Assembly: GCA_964434225.1 (NCBI GenBank)
Contig: CAYSUM010000002.1
Location: 40,900 to 104,899 of the forward strand
Source of the DNA: an uncultured Rhizobium sp.
Lineage (GTDB): Bacteria; Pseudomonadota; Alphaproteobacteria; Rickettsiales; UBA1997
Direction of reading: 5' to 3'
Length of the DNA stretch: 64,000 nucleotides
Positions 19,039 to 27,867 of this stretch are shown in pieces. The number at the start of each line of letters is the position of its first letter. Positions within the stretch are counted from its first letter, which is position 1. The notes beneath the pieces were generated by a model, which saw only the letters and a list, made by a program, of their open reading frames with translations, searched no databases and was not told the DNA's origin. The position numbers and the translations under genes were made by a program.

Positions 19039-19762
19039 TTTAGCGAAACTTCAACAAGATTTTGCCAAACATATTTATCAAAAATCTGACAAAAAAATCT
19101 TAAGCGAAATAATTTATTCCAACATTGAGGCTCTAGAGCGCTTAAATATTTACCGCAATAATATTTTGGGAAATTTTGAATCAATTTTATCTTCAACTTT
19201 TATTGTAACTAAAAAAATTTTAGGTGAAAAAGAATTTGATAGGTTAACGCAAAAATTCTGTCAAAAATTTCCTTCAAAAAGTGGCGACCTAAATGAATTT
19301 GGCACCGAATTTCCGCAATTTATAAAATCTTACGAGCCCAAATATTTAAAGGATTTGGCGCAGCTAGAACTTTTTTATCATCAATCTTATTTTGCCCCAA
19401 GGCCTCAAAACAAATTCGATCTAAATAAATTTAAAAAAATCAAAGCTGAAAATTTTTCTAAAATTACTTTTACTCTAAATCCGTCTTGCATTTTACTTAC
19501 TTCAAAATTTGCAATTTTTACGATTTGGAAAAAAGAAAAGAAAATTAAAAATTTCGCCAAGCCAGAATTTGCAGCAATTCACAGCAGTAAAATTTTATTG
19601 TTAAATGCTGAAGAATTTTTGTTTTTATCGCTAATTTTACAAAAAAAACCGCTTTATAAAATCTACGAATCACTTTGCAAAAAAAGTAAAAAAGAAATCG
19701 ATATTGGCGCTTTAATTAATCGTTTTATTGCCGACGAAACAATCATAAAATTTTCTTTATGA
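19031..19762 (+). CDS. DUF2063 family protein (MNIO partner, BufC/HvfC-like)
   Basis: The N-terminal LQQDFAKHIY...ERLNIYRNNILGNFESIL..FP..KKILGEKEFDRL region is typical of DUF2063. It overlaps the DUF692 gene by 8 nt. Confidence 0.8.
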   Translation: MTNLAKLQQDFAKHIYQKSDKKILSEIIYSNIEALERLNIYRNNILGNFESILSSTFIVTKKILGEKEFDRLTQKFCQKFPSKSGDLNEFGTEFPQFIKSYEPKYLKDLAQLELFYHQSYFAPRPQNKFDLNKFKKIKAENFSKITFTLNPSCILLTSKFAIFTIWKKEKKIKNFAKPEFAAIHSSKILLLNAEEFLFLSLILQKKPLYKIYESLCKKSKKEIDIGALINRFIADETIIKFSL

Positions 19763-20721
19763 AAGAATTTCATTTGATTGAAAAATATTTTAAACCACTG
19801 ACAAAATCCTGCAAAGCCGCACAAAATCTGGCTGATGATGTTGCTAAAATTAATTTAAAAAAAGATGAAGAATTGGTAATCAGCAAAGATCTTTTTGTTG
19901 AAGATGTGCATTTTTTACGCATTGATGGCGGATTTAAAATTGCTTCCAAACTTTTACGCACCAACCTTTCCGACCTTGCTTCTTCTGGCGCAAAGCCCCT
20001 TCATTACATGTTAGGATTTTCTAAAAATGATTATACTGACGAAAAATTTCTGCGCGAATTTTCTCGCGGACTAAAATCAGTTCAAGATGAATTCGGGCTT
20101 TGTTTGATTGGTGGCGACACGGTTAAATCGGAAAAACTTTTTTTCTCGGTAACTATTTTTGGAATTGCCAAAAAAGGAAAAATTTTATCACGCAATCAGG
20201 CAAAAAAAGATGATTTGATTTTTGTTTCAGGAGCAATTGGCGATGCTTTTTTGGGTCGATGCTTTAAAAAACTCAGCGCAACCGAATTGCAGGAACGTCA
20301 TTTTTTTCCAACTCCACGAATTAATTTGGGTAAAAAACTATTAGAAAAAAAATTATCACGCTGTGCGATCGACGTTTCTGATGGCTTAATTGCTGATTTA
20401 AATCATATTTGCACAGCTTCAAAACTCGCTGCTGAAATTCATTTAAATCACCTTCCAATTTCAACGGCAGCACAAAAATTCTTGCAAAAAAATTCTCAAA
20501 TAAAAATTGGTGATCTAATTTCTGGCGGCGATGATTATGAATTAATTTTCGCGGTAAATCCAAAAGATAGAAAAAAAATTTCAGACTTATCAAAATCTTT
20601 GAAGCTTGATTTGACATGTATCGGCGCGTTTAAAGAATCGTCGAATAAAAAATTTAATGTCACGCTATTCAACGAAAAAAATCGCAAGATAATAATCAAA
20701 AAAACCGGCTATGAACATTGA
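19759..20721 (+). CDS. thiL: Thiamine-monophosphate kinase
   Basis: AIR-synthase-like fold with EFHLIEKYF, DDVAKI, SKDLFVEDVHF, NLSDLASSGAKP and GGDT. Its start overlaps the DUF2063 stop (ATGA). Confidence 0.85.
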   Translation: MKEFHLIEKYFKPLTKSCKAAQNLADDVAKINLKKDEELVISKDLFVEDVHFLRIDGGFKIASKLLRTNLSDLASSGAKPLHYMLGFSKNDYTDEKFLREFSRGLKSVQDEFGLCLIGGDTVKSEKLFFSVTIFGIAKKGKILSRNQAKKDDLIFVSGAIGDAFLGRCFKKLSATELQERHFFPTPRINLGKKLLEKKLSRCAIDVSDGLIADLNHICTASKLAAEIHLNHLPISTAAQKFLQKNSQIKIGDLISGGDDYELIFAVNPKDRKKISDLSKSLKLDLTCIGAFKESSNKKFNVTLFNEKNRKIIIKKTGYEH

Positions 20722-21400
20722 AAGATTTATAAATCTAAAGTCCGACGAAAATAAAGGAATTTACGCTGGATCTTTTAGACGAAGCGTCGCTGCTATGCTT
20801 GATGTGACGATTGTTTTATTCATCCGCGTCGTTACAGCCCAAGCCCTAGGAATTCTTTTTGTTAATCAAGAATTGCAAAGATTTTTACTCGAATTCAAAG
20901 ATAAATTTGGCACTGATTTTGTAAAAAATAATCCCGATCACATTGATTTTGTTCTACATCATCGTTTCTTTCTTGTGGCTTTGATTTTTTATACCGCCGT
21001 AATTTTTATCGGCGCACTTTATCACGCATTATTAAATTCATCATCTTGGCAAGCCACAATTGGCAAACGTGTAGCCAGTATTGCTATTGAAAAAGAAAAC
21101 GGTTCACGCATTAGTTTTGGACTTGCGCTTTCGCATTATTTTTTATCAGTTTTGCCATTTCTTTTTATCATGTATTTGATCTCTTATCAAGTAAGTCATG
21201 ATATCACTTTCTTCCAAGCGGTTACCGCATCAACATTCAATGTATTTTTCGGAATTTTGTTCCTACTTTGGACGCAAATTCACAGCTTCACTAAAAGAAA
21301 AACCACCGCTTATGATTTGATTTGCAAAACCGTTTTGGTGAATAAAAAAACCACCGCAAAATTTCCTTGGAATAAAGAAAAAATCAGTAATTTTTTGTAA
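20711..21400 (+). CDS. RDD family membrane protein
   Basis: YAGSFRRSVAAMLDVTIVLFI N-terminal RDD-type motif with 3-4 TM segments. Confidence 0.7.
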   Translation: MNIERFINLKSDENKGIYAGSFRRSVAAMLDVTIVLFIRVVTAQALGILFVNQELQRFLLEFKDKFGTDFVKNNPDHIDFVLHHRFFLVALIFYTAVIFIGALYHALLNSSSWQATIGKRVASIAIEKENGSRISFGLALSHYFLSVLPFLFIMYLISYQVSHDITFFQAVTASTFNVFFGILFLLWTQIHSFTKRKTTAYDLICKTVLVNKKTTAKFPWNKEKISNFL

Positions 21401-21473
21401 CAAAAATCCCTTTGAAATCTAGGGCTGTCGTGCTGATATGATGGACATCTCATTTCAATAAATTTTATTACAA

Positions 21474-22337
21474 ATGTTCATTTCCTCACAAAAAACAATT
21501 AACAGCAAAGTTAGTTGCAACGGCATTGGGTTGCATTCTGGCACCGATACTACGATCACATTATTTCCAGCTCCTTGCGATACTGGAATTGTTTTTAGAA
21601 GAACCGATCTTGAAACAGCTAAGAACAGCATCAAAGCTATTTATAGCAATGTCGTTACCACAAATTTAGGAACTACGATCGCCAATGAATTCGGCGCTAA
21701 AGTTTCTACTATCGAACATTTAGTTGCAGCACTTTGGGGTTGTGGAATTGATAATATTTTTATCGATATTGACAGTCCGGAAGTTCCAATTATGGATGGC
21801 AGCTCTGAACCTTTCGTGTTCTTGCTTGAATGCGCTGGCGTTACCGTTCAAGATAAAGCACGACACATTATTGAGGTTTTAAAAACCATCACCGTTGAAG
21901 AAGCCGACGGCAAGATAATTGAAGTTAGTCCAGCTGAAGAATTTTCAATTAATCTGCACATCGACTTCAATCATAAACAAATCCAGAAACAAAGCTTTGA
22001 TTACAAAACAACTTTTGCTTCTTTCAAAAACGACCTTTGTCGTGCCAGAACTTTTGGCTTTAAACACGAAATTGAACAATTACACAAAATGGGTTTAGCC
22101 AAAGGCGGTTCTCTTAAAAACGCTATTTTGGTTGGCGAAGATGGAATTGTGAATGAAGAAGGATTGCGCTACAAAGATGAATTTGTCAGACATAAAACTT
22201 TAGATTTTATCGGCGATATTTACTTGGCAGGATATTATATTTCTGGCCAATTTAAAGGCACGAAGACTGGACACGGAATCAATAACAAGATGTTGCGTAA
22301 ATTGTTGAGCGACGAGACAGCTTGGAGATTGATTTAA
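21474..22337 (+). CDS. lpxC: UDP-3-O-acyl-N-acetylglucosamine deacetylase
   Basis: GIGLHSG, STIEHL, EVPIMDGSS, RTFGF and HKTLDFIGD motifs are present. Confidence 0.93.
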   Translation: MFISSQKTINSKVSCNGIGLHSGTDTTITLFPAPCDTGIVFRRTDLETAKNSIKAIYSNVVTTNLGTTIANEFGAKVSTIEHLVAALWGCGIDNIFIDIDSPEVPIMDGSSEPFVFLLECAGVTVQDKARHIIEVLKTITVEEADGKIIEVSPAEEFSINLHIDFNHKQIQKQSFDYKTTFASFKNDLCRARTFGFKHEIEQLHKMGLAKGGSLKNAILVGEDGIVNEEGLRYKDEFVRHKTLDFIGDIYLAGYYISGQFKGTKTGHGINNKMLRKLLSDETAWRLI

Positions 22338-22339
22338 AT

Positions 22340-22690
22340 TTAGAAGTGATGAATATAGCCAGCTTCCGCCTCACCCACCTTACTCTCGCGCAGATCACAA
22401 CTTGATGCGATTTCTGGCGGTAAATTTTTTAGTACGAATGATCTGCCATCTGGCAAACGAATTGGCGTATAATTTTCTGAAGTTCTGAGTCTTTTTTTAT
22501 TAAGATAAGAAGCGTTAATTGCAGCTCTCATATCTTTAGAATGAACATATTTAACCAAAATTGCTTTGCCGTTAGGGCAAATAATTTCAGTATTAGTATC
22601 TGGCATTTTTGTTAAAAACGAACAGGAATTAATCTGCATCAAAAACAATAGCAGAAAAATTTTATTGAGCCGCTTTGACTTGTCCGACAT
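22340..22690 (-). CDS. Hypothetical lipoprotein (116 aa from the internal ATG)
   Basis: The MSDKSKRLNKIFLLLFLMQINS|C signal is lipobox-like. I chose the start at 22690 because the 5' part of the track ORF overlaps bamE in another frame. I cannot recognise a family. Confidence 0.4.
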   Translation of the reverse strand: MSDKSKRLNKIFLLLFLMQINSCSFLTKMPDTNTEIICPNGKAILVKYVHSKDMRAAINASYLNKKRLRTSENYTPIRLPDGRSFVLKNLPPEIASSCDLRESKVGEAEAGYIHHF

Positions 22691-23096
22691 TGCTAAAGAT
22701 AGATTTAAAGAACCCGATTTTATTACTGCTAACTTCGGTATATTTTGAGGTAAATTGTAGATTTTTATCTTCGTTGGATAAATCGAATTTCTCGATTGAT
22801 CTGACCGTTTCAGATTTATCAAATTTTAAAGTAAGAATGGTTCTTTCTTTAATATCTGGAAGGAAAAATAAAATGCGTTCAAGATCTTCTGAATAGTAGA
22901 TCCAAGTCTCGTCAGAATCTAAATTTGAAATTACAGTTGGCGATCCCATAATTTTTAAAACGCGCTCTTTACTGGTAATTCCTTCTTGCACAAGTTGATG
23001 ATCCGCTAGTTCAAAAACATATCCGTGACGTTCGGAGTTCTTGATACAAGAGGATAAAACCAGAATTAAAAAAACATTGCAGAGAAAATTTTTCAT
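22662..23096 (-). CDS. bamE: Outer membrane protein assembly factor BamE (SmpA/OmlA family)
   Basis: From the ATG at 23096 the protein reads MKNFLCNVFLILVLSS|C, giving a lipobox. ..GITSKERVLKIMGSPT...WIYY is a BamE-like core. Confidence 0.75.
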   Translation of the reverse strand: MKNFLCNVFLILVLSSCIKNSERHGYVFELADHQLVQEGITSKERVLKIMGSPTVISNLDSDETWIYYSEDLERILFFLPDIKERTILTLKFDKSETVRSIEKFDLSNEDKNLQFTSKYTEVSSNKIGFFKSIFSNVGQVKAAQ

Positions 23097-23294
23097 GAAG
23101 AAAAAGTTGGAAAAATCGCTAGAGATTAAGTAAAAATTTTTCTTTGATTTTACGAAACGGCTTTCTATATTCAAGGCCACTTTTCGAAGATAACTTGATA
23201 GCAAGTTTACTCAAGATCTCAAACACACTACGTATCTAAATTCCTAAAACCCAAATCAAAATAAAACTAATTAACTCCAACCTAAGTCAATCCT

Positions 23295-23501
23295 ATGGCA
23301 GTTCCTAAGAGAAAGAAATCAAAATCAAGACGCAACATGAGAAGAGGCAGCAATGGTTCTTACGCTTTAACAGTTGCCAATGTTCTTACTGATAAAACTA
23401 CTGGCGAATTCAAACTTCCTCATCACATTTCTTTAGATGGGTTTTACGACGGAAGAGAAATCGTAAAAAAGAAAAAGAAAAAAGCTGCTCAAGAAGAGTA
23501 A
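23295..23501 (+). CDS. rpmF: 50S ribosomal protein L32
   Basis: The [18 protein letters not shown]-terminus is diagnostic. Confidence 0.95.
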   Translation: MAVPKRKKSKSRRNMRRGSNGSYALTVANVLTDKTTGEFKLPHHISLDGFYDGREIVKKKKKKAAQEE

Positions 23502-23523
23502 CCAAATAATTTAGTCCTTACTA

Positions 23524-24588
23524 GTGTCTAAAAAACATACTGTAGCACTAGATTGTATGGGGGGAGATAGAGCTCCCCACTCGGTCATTGATGGAGCTCA
23601 AATTATTGCCAAGGCAAATTCGGAAATCCACTTTTTGCTTTTTGGCGACTCCACGAAAATCACTCCCATTCTAGAGCACTGCCCCGATCTTAAAGCTAGA
23701 CACACTTTAATTCACACCGAAGAATTTATTTCATCTGATGAAAAGCCTTCAACTGCTTTACGCAAAGGCACAAAATCAAGTATGCGTTTGGCAATTAATG
23801 CTGTAAAAGATGGCGAAGCTGATATTGCAGTTTCAGCTGGCAATACTGGTGCTTTAATGGCAATTTCTAAAATTGTTTTGCGCACCCTGCCTTCGATCGA
23901 TCGTCCCGCAATTGTTACTGCAATTCCCAACCAAAAAAAAACCGCTACTGTTTTATTGGATATGGGAGCCAATGTTGAATGTGGCCCCGATGTACTTTTC
24001 CAATTTGCCGTTATGGGTCACGCTTTTGCGCGAGTTGTTTTAAAAGTTGAAGAACCGACTATCGGAATTTTAAATGTTGGATCCGAAGATTTAAAAGGTT
24101 CGGATTCTGTAAAAAATGCCGCAATTTTACTAAAAGATAGCGATCTTAAAAATTCTTTTTACGGCTATGTTGAAGGCGACGATATTTTAAAAGGCACAGT
24201 TGATGTAGTTGTAACCGATGGCTTTACTGGCAATATCACTTTGAAAGCCATTGAGGGCACAGCAAAATTACTCTCTTCTTTAGTGAAAGAAGGTTTTAAA
24301 AGTTCTTTAATTTCAAAAATCGGCTATCTTCTTGCCGGAACCTCAATTCGTAACGCCACAAAAACCATGGATCCGCGCTTACATAACGGCGCAATGCTAG
24401 TTGGCTTGAATGGGGTTGTAGTAAAAAGCCACGGCGGAACTGATGCGCTAGGATTTTCCAACGCTATTCGCGTTGCCATCTCTCTAGTTGAAAATAAAAT
24501 TAACGAACGCATCACTGAAGAATTAAGAGCGTCATCAATAAATTCTAATAGTGACGCCGAAGAAAAACTCTCTAGCCATGGAAATTAA
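23524..24588 (+). CDS. plsX: Phosphate acyltransferase PlsX
   Basis: GTG start. ALDCMGGD, VSAGNTGA, LLDMGAN and TDGFTGN motifs are present, in the rpmF-plsX-fabH order. Confidence 0.95.
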   Translation: MSKKHTVALDCMGGDRAPHSVIDGAQIIAKANSEIHFLLFGDSTKITPILEHCPDLKARHTLIHTEEFISSDEKPSTALRKGTKSSMRLAINAVKDGEADIAVSAGNTGALMAISKIVLRTLPSIDRPAIVTAIPNQKKTATVLLDMGANVECGPDVLFQFAVMGHAFARVVLKVEEPTIGILNVGSEDLKGSDSVKNAAILLKDSDLKNSFYGYVEGDDILKGTVDVVVTDGFTGNITLKAIEGTAKLLSSLVKEGFKSSLISKIGYLLAGTSIRNATKTMDPRLHNGAMLVGLNGVVVKSHGGTDALGFSNAIRVAISLVENKINERITEELRASSINSNSDAEEKLSSHGN

Positions 24589-25540
24589 CAGCAAAATCAT
24601 TTCTACGGGTTCTTACCTGCCAGAAAAATTTCTCACTAATTTTGACTTGGAAAAAACCGTTGAAACTACTGATGCTTGGATTGTTGAACGTACAGGAATC
24701 AAGAAAAGACACATTGCTGCCGAAGGAGAATTAACTTCTGATATCGCTACTCAAGCCGCTTTAAGAGCAATCGCAAATTCTAATATTACAGCCGCAGAAA
24801 TCGACATGATTATCTTGGCAACCACAACTCCCGACCTGACATTTCCAGCAACCGCCACAACTGTTCAAGCCAAAATTGGTGCTAACGCTGCTTTCGCTTT
24901 CGACATTCAAGCTGTGTGCTGCGGTTTTGTTTACGCTCTGGCAACTGCCAATAATTTTATCAAATCTGGCCAAGTTAAAAATGCTTTGGTAATCGGCGCT
25001 GACACTTTATCTCGCATCGTCGATTGGACAGATCGCAACACTTGCGTACTTTTCGGCGATGGCGCCGGCGCAGTAATTTTACAAGCAAATAGCGAAAAAA
25101 ACTGCGGTATAATTTCGTCAAATTTATATTCTGACGGCTCGCTAAATAGTATTCTTAAAACCAGTGGCGGCACTGCTTCAACACAAAAATCTGGCTTTAT
25201 TGAAATGTCGGGAAAAGAAGTTTTTAAAAATGCGGTTGAGAAAATGTCAAAATCGGTTTTTGCCGCTCTCGCCGCCGCCAATCTAACTGTTGAAGATATT
25301 GATTTATTAGTTCCCCACCAAGCAAATGACAGAATTTTATGCGCAGTTGCCACTCGCCTTGGACTTCCCAAAGAAAAAGTGGTCGTTACAGTTCAAGATC
25401 ACGCCAACACTTCTGCCGCTTCAATTCCTCTTGCTCTTGATTTCGCCAATTCACAAGGTCGCATCAAAAAAGGTGACATTCTTGTTCTTGAAGCCCTAGG
25501 GGGCGGTTTGGCTTGGGGATCGATTGTTTTAAAGTGGTAA
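24578..25540 (+). CDS. fabH: 3-oxoacyl-ACP synthase III
   Basis: The start is set at MEINSKIISTGSYLP. Catalytic C (AVCCGF), H (VPHQAN) and N (HANTSAAS) contexts are present. It overlaps plsX by 11 nt. Confidence 0.95.
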   Translation: MEINSKIISTGSYLPEKFLTNFDLEKTVETTDAWIVERTGIKKRHIAAEGELTSDIATQAALRAIANSNITAAEIDMIILATTTPDLTFPATATTVQAKIGANAAFAFDIQAVCCGFVYALATANNFIKSGQVKNALVIGADTLSRIVDWTDRNTCVLFGDGAGAVILQANSEKNCGIISSNLYSDGSLNSILKTSGGTASTQKSGFIEMSGKEVFKNAVEKMSKSVFAALAAANLTVEDIDLLVPHQANDRILCAVATRLGLPKEKVVVTVQDHANTSAASIPLALDFANSQGRIKKGDILVLEALGGGLAWGSIVLKW

Positions 25541-25762
25541 TTTCAACCATGATTAACATCGGTACAAAGCCAGCAATTCGGCTTTTGTGACAATTACAGA
25601 AATATAAAAAATTGTCGAAAATGACCAAGCAAAAAAATCCCAAAATAAGACTAAAATTTTCCACAGCTTGAATTTTTACAACCGCTGCTAAAAATTTCCA
25701 ACAGATAGATCCACCTTTTTGCAGAGACACTCTGCAACCCTTCAAAGTTAATTTTATTAAAG

Positions 25763-27736
25763 ATGTTTTTAATACACAGAAGTAAGAAAGCTTTTTCTAT
25801 TATCGAGATCGCTATGGTGATTGTCATAATTGGCATTTTAATAGCTGGAATAGCTTCCCTAAATGGTTTTGTATCAAAATTTCGCATAACCACCGCCCAG
25901 TCTTTGACTCGCTCTTCTCCCATAAGCACCATCAGAGACAATTCTCTCTGGCTTGAAACTAGTATGGAAAACAGCTTTAATGATATTGAAAGCAAAGACC
26001 AATCTGCATTAACAAATTGGTATGAACAAAGAAATGCTGCTAATAAAATAGCCTTACAAGCTGTAAATGGCGGCCCAACTTACTCAAATAGTATCAACAA
26101 AATTCACGCCGTAAAATTCACTTCTTCGGGTGGTTATTTCACCTTTGATGCCAAATTTTTGAACAACACCGACTATACAATCACGATTCTTGAAAACAGG
26201 GAAAGCAATTCAAGTGACAACTATTTTTTAATTCATAATTCCATTTCAAGTCCAAGCGTCACAACTGCAAATCAAGATCTATTACTTGGTTACAATACTG
26301 ATGGCCAAATAATTCACAGCCAAGGCGGCATCAGTTCTTACAATTCCAACGTTAGCAACTACGGAAATTCTAGCGGCTTTCCAAAAATAATTACTTTTAC
26401 TCACAGCTCAACAAAAGGGAAAAAGATTTATATTAACGGAATGCTTGCTGCAAAAGACGAGGCCAATAAAAGCAACTTAACTGGCATCACAACTCTTGCG
26501 CTTGGCAAAGGATATACTGGTCAAATTGGCGAAGTTATAATTTTTACCAGAGCCATTGAAGCATCTGAAATTAGTGCAATTGAAGATTATCTTGCCCAAA
26601 AATGGTATATAAAAATCGATCGCAATACATCCGACTGCACAACTGGAGTTGCAACCACTTCTGGATGTGATACTTCTTCTGGCGGCAGTGGTGGCGGTGG
26701 CTCAGTGACTTGTCCCGTTTTAGTCACTGGCGTAACTAGCACAACTCCGGTAAATAGCGGCGCAGGATCTTTAAATTGCGACGCCACAAACTTTGATGGT
26801 GGCACAATTTCTTATGATTGTTCGGGAGGCGTATTGACGCCAGCATCTAGTTGCCAATGCGCTGTCGGATACATCCTCTCTGGTAGTACTTGCGTCTTGA
26901 AACCTACTTGTTCTGGTGGAACTGAAACAACAATAGGCGGCGAAAAAATCCATAAATTTACTTCTTCTGGAACCCTCACTTGCACTAACGCAATTACTGG
27001 AGCAAAAGTTCTTGTTGTTGGTGGCGGTGGCGGTGGCGGTTGGAGGGGCGCTGGTGGTGGAGCTGGTGGCTATGTTTACAACTCAGCTTTAGATTTAGCT
27101 TCTGGATCATACACAATAGATGTTGGCGCTGGTGGCGCTGGTGCAATTGGCTCTACTAATCAGCCTACCGCTCAAGGATCTGACGGTCAAGGATCATCGA
27201 TAAAATTGGGTGCAACGTCAATCATTACCACAGTTGGTGGTGGTGGTGGTGGAGCTGGTAGCGCCGGAACTGATGCTCTTGCTAGTGGTCGTAATGGTGG
27301 TTCTGGCGGCGGTGGAAGTTATTGGGGAGATTATAGAGCTGCTGGCGCTGGAACTTCGGGACAAGGTTTTGCTGGTGGTGGCGGTAGTACAAGTACACCA
27401 TGTTCTGGCGGTGGTGGTGGAGCAAGTTCTGCCGGATCTGTTGGTTCCACCGTTGGTGGTAACGGAGGCGCAGGAGCATCTAATTCAATTAGCGGTATCA
27501 CTCCTACGCCTTATTATGCTGGAGGCGGTGGTGGCGGATGCCATACTTCTACTGGCGGACTTGGCGGAAGCGGCATTGGCGGTAATGGCGGTTCTAGAAA
27601 TGCGCCATCAGATATACCCGCGACTGCTGCTGTGGCAAATACTGGATCTGGTGGCGGAGGCGGTAATAGCGGTAACTACGGTGGTAGTCAAAACGGCACC
27701 GCAGGTAGCGATGGTATTATCATCATACGCTATTAG
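25763..27736 (+). CDS. Prepilin-leader protein fused to a LamG-like domain, a Cys-rich linker and a C-terminal glycine-rich domain
   Basis: The N-terminus is MFLIHRSKKA|FSIIEIAMVIVIIGILIAGIA, an N-methylation-type motif with Glu5. The GQIGEVIIFTRAIEASEISAIEDYLAQKWYI ending is typical of LamG_3-type jelly rolls. There are 8 Cys in residues ~305-395. After this, KVLVVGGGGGGGWRGAGGGAGGY...NTGSGGGGG...GSDGIIIIRY* resembles 'glycine-rich domain' proteins as I recall them. Confidence 0.75.
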   Translation: MFLIHRSKKAFSIIEIAMVIVIIGILIAGIASLNGFVSKFRITTAQSLTRSSPISTIRDNSLWLETSMENSFNDIESKDQSALTNWYEQRNAANKIALQAVNGGPTYSNSINKIHAVKFTSSGGYFTFDAKFLNNTDYTITILENRESNSSDNYFLIHNSISSPSVTTANQDLLLGYNTDGQIIHSQGGISSYNSNVSNYGNSSGFPKIITFTHSSTKGKKIYINGMLAAKDEANKSNLTGITTLALGKGYTGQIGEVIIFTRAIEASEISAIEDYLAQKWYIKIDRNTSDCTTGVATTSGCDTSSGGSGGGGSVTCPVLVTGVTSTTPVNSGAGSLNCDATNFDGGTISYDCSGGVLTPASSCQCAVGYILSGSTCVLKPTCSGGTETTIGGEKIHKFTSSGTLTCTNAITGAKVLVVGGGGGGGWRGAGGGAGGYVYNSALDLASGSYTIDVGAGGAGAIGSTNQPTAQGSDGQGSSIKLGATSIITTVGGGGGGAGSAGTDALASGRNGGSGGGGSYWGDYRAAGAGTSGQGFAGGGGSTSTPCSGGGGGASSAGSVGSTVGGNGGAGASNSISGITPTPYYAGGGGGGCHTSTGGLGGSGIGGNGGSRNAPSDIPATAAVANTGSGGGGGNSGNYGGSQNGTAGSDGIIIIRY

Positions 27737-27867
27737 AGAATTAATCGTAACTTCGCAGATCACCATTTTGATAAAATTGTGGCGTTGGCGAAGGAGCTTT
27801 GTTCAAAGAAAAAAGCGTCAAAACAAAGCAGCCAAGAAATTGAATTATGGACTTAGTTGATGCGTTA

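Noticed and set aside
22691-23204. Long 5' extensions of the bamE ORF and the downstream lipoprotein ORF, which overlap each other by ~160 nt
   Set aside because: Internal ATGs (23096 and 22690) immediately precede lipoprotein signal peptides. The extended versions lack them and create an implausibly long out-of-frame overlap.
25700-25762. Sigma-54 (-24 GG / -12 TTGCA) promoter in front of the pilin-fusion gene
   Set aside because: A TTGCA is present (in ttgcagag), but the position 10-11 nt upstream reads CCAC rather than TGGCAC. The window's only bEBP-like regulator also lacks GAFTGA.
25464-25995. Minus-strand ORFs of 93 aa and 114 aa spanning the fabH / pilin-fusion intergenic region
   Set aside because: They are antisense to the fabH 3' end and the pilin-fusion 5' end, with no recognisable motifs. 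They are likely chance ORFs.
27210-27860. 216-aa alternative-frame ORF (and 27282-27479 on the minus strand) inside the glycine-rich region
   Set aside because: It is an out-of-frame reading of GGT/GGC-rich DNA that gives V/L/A low-complexity sequence. The main frame has the coherent pilin-LamG-Gly-rich architecture.
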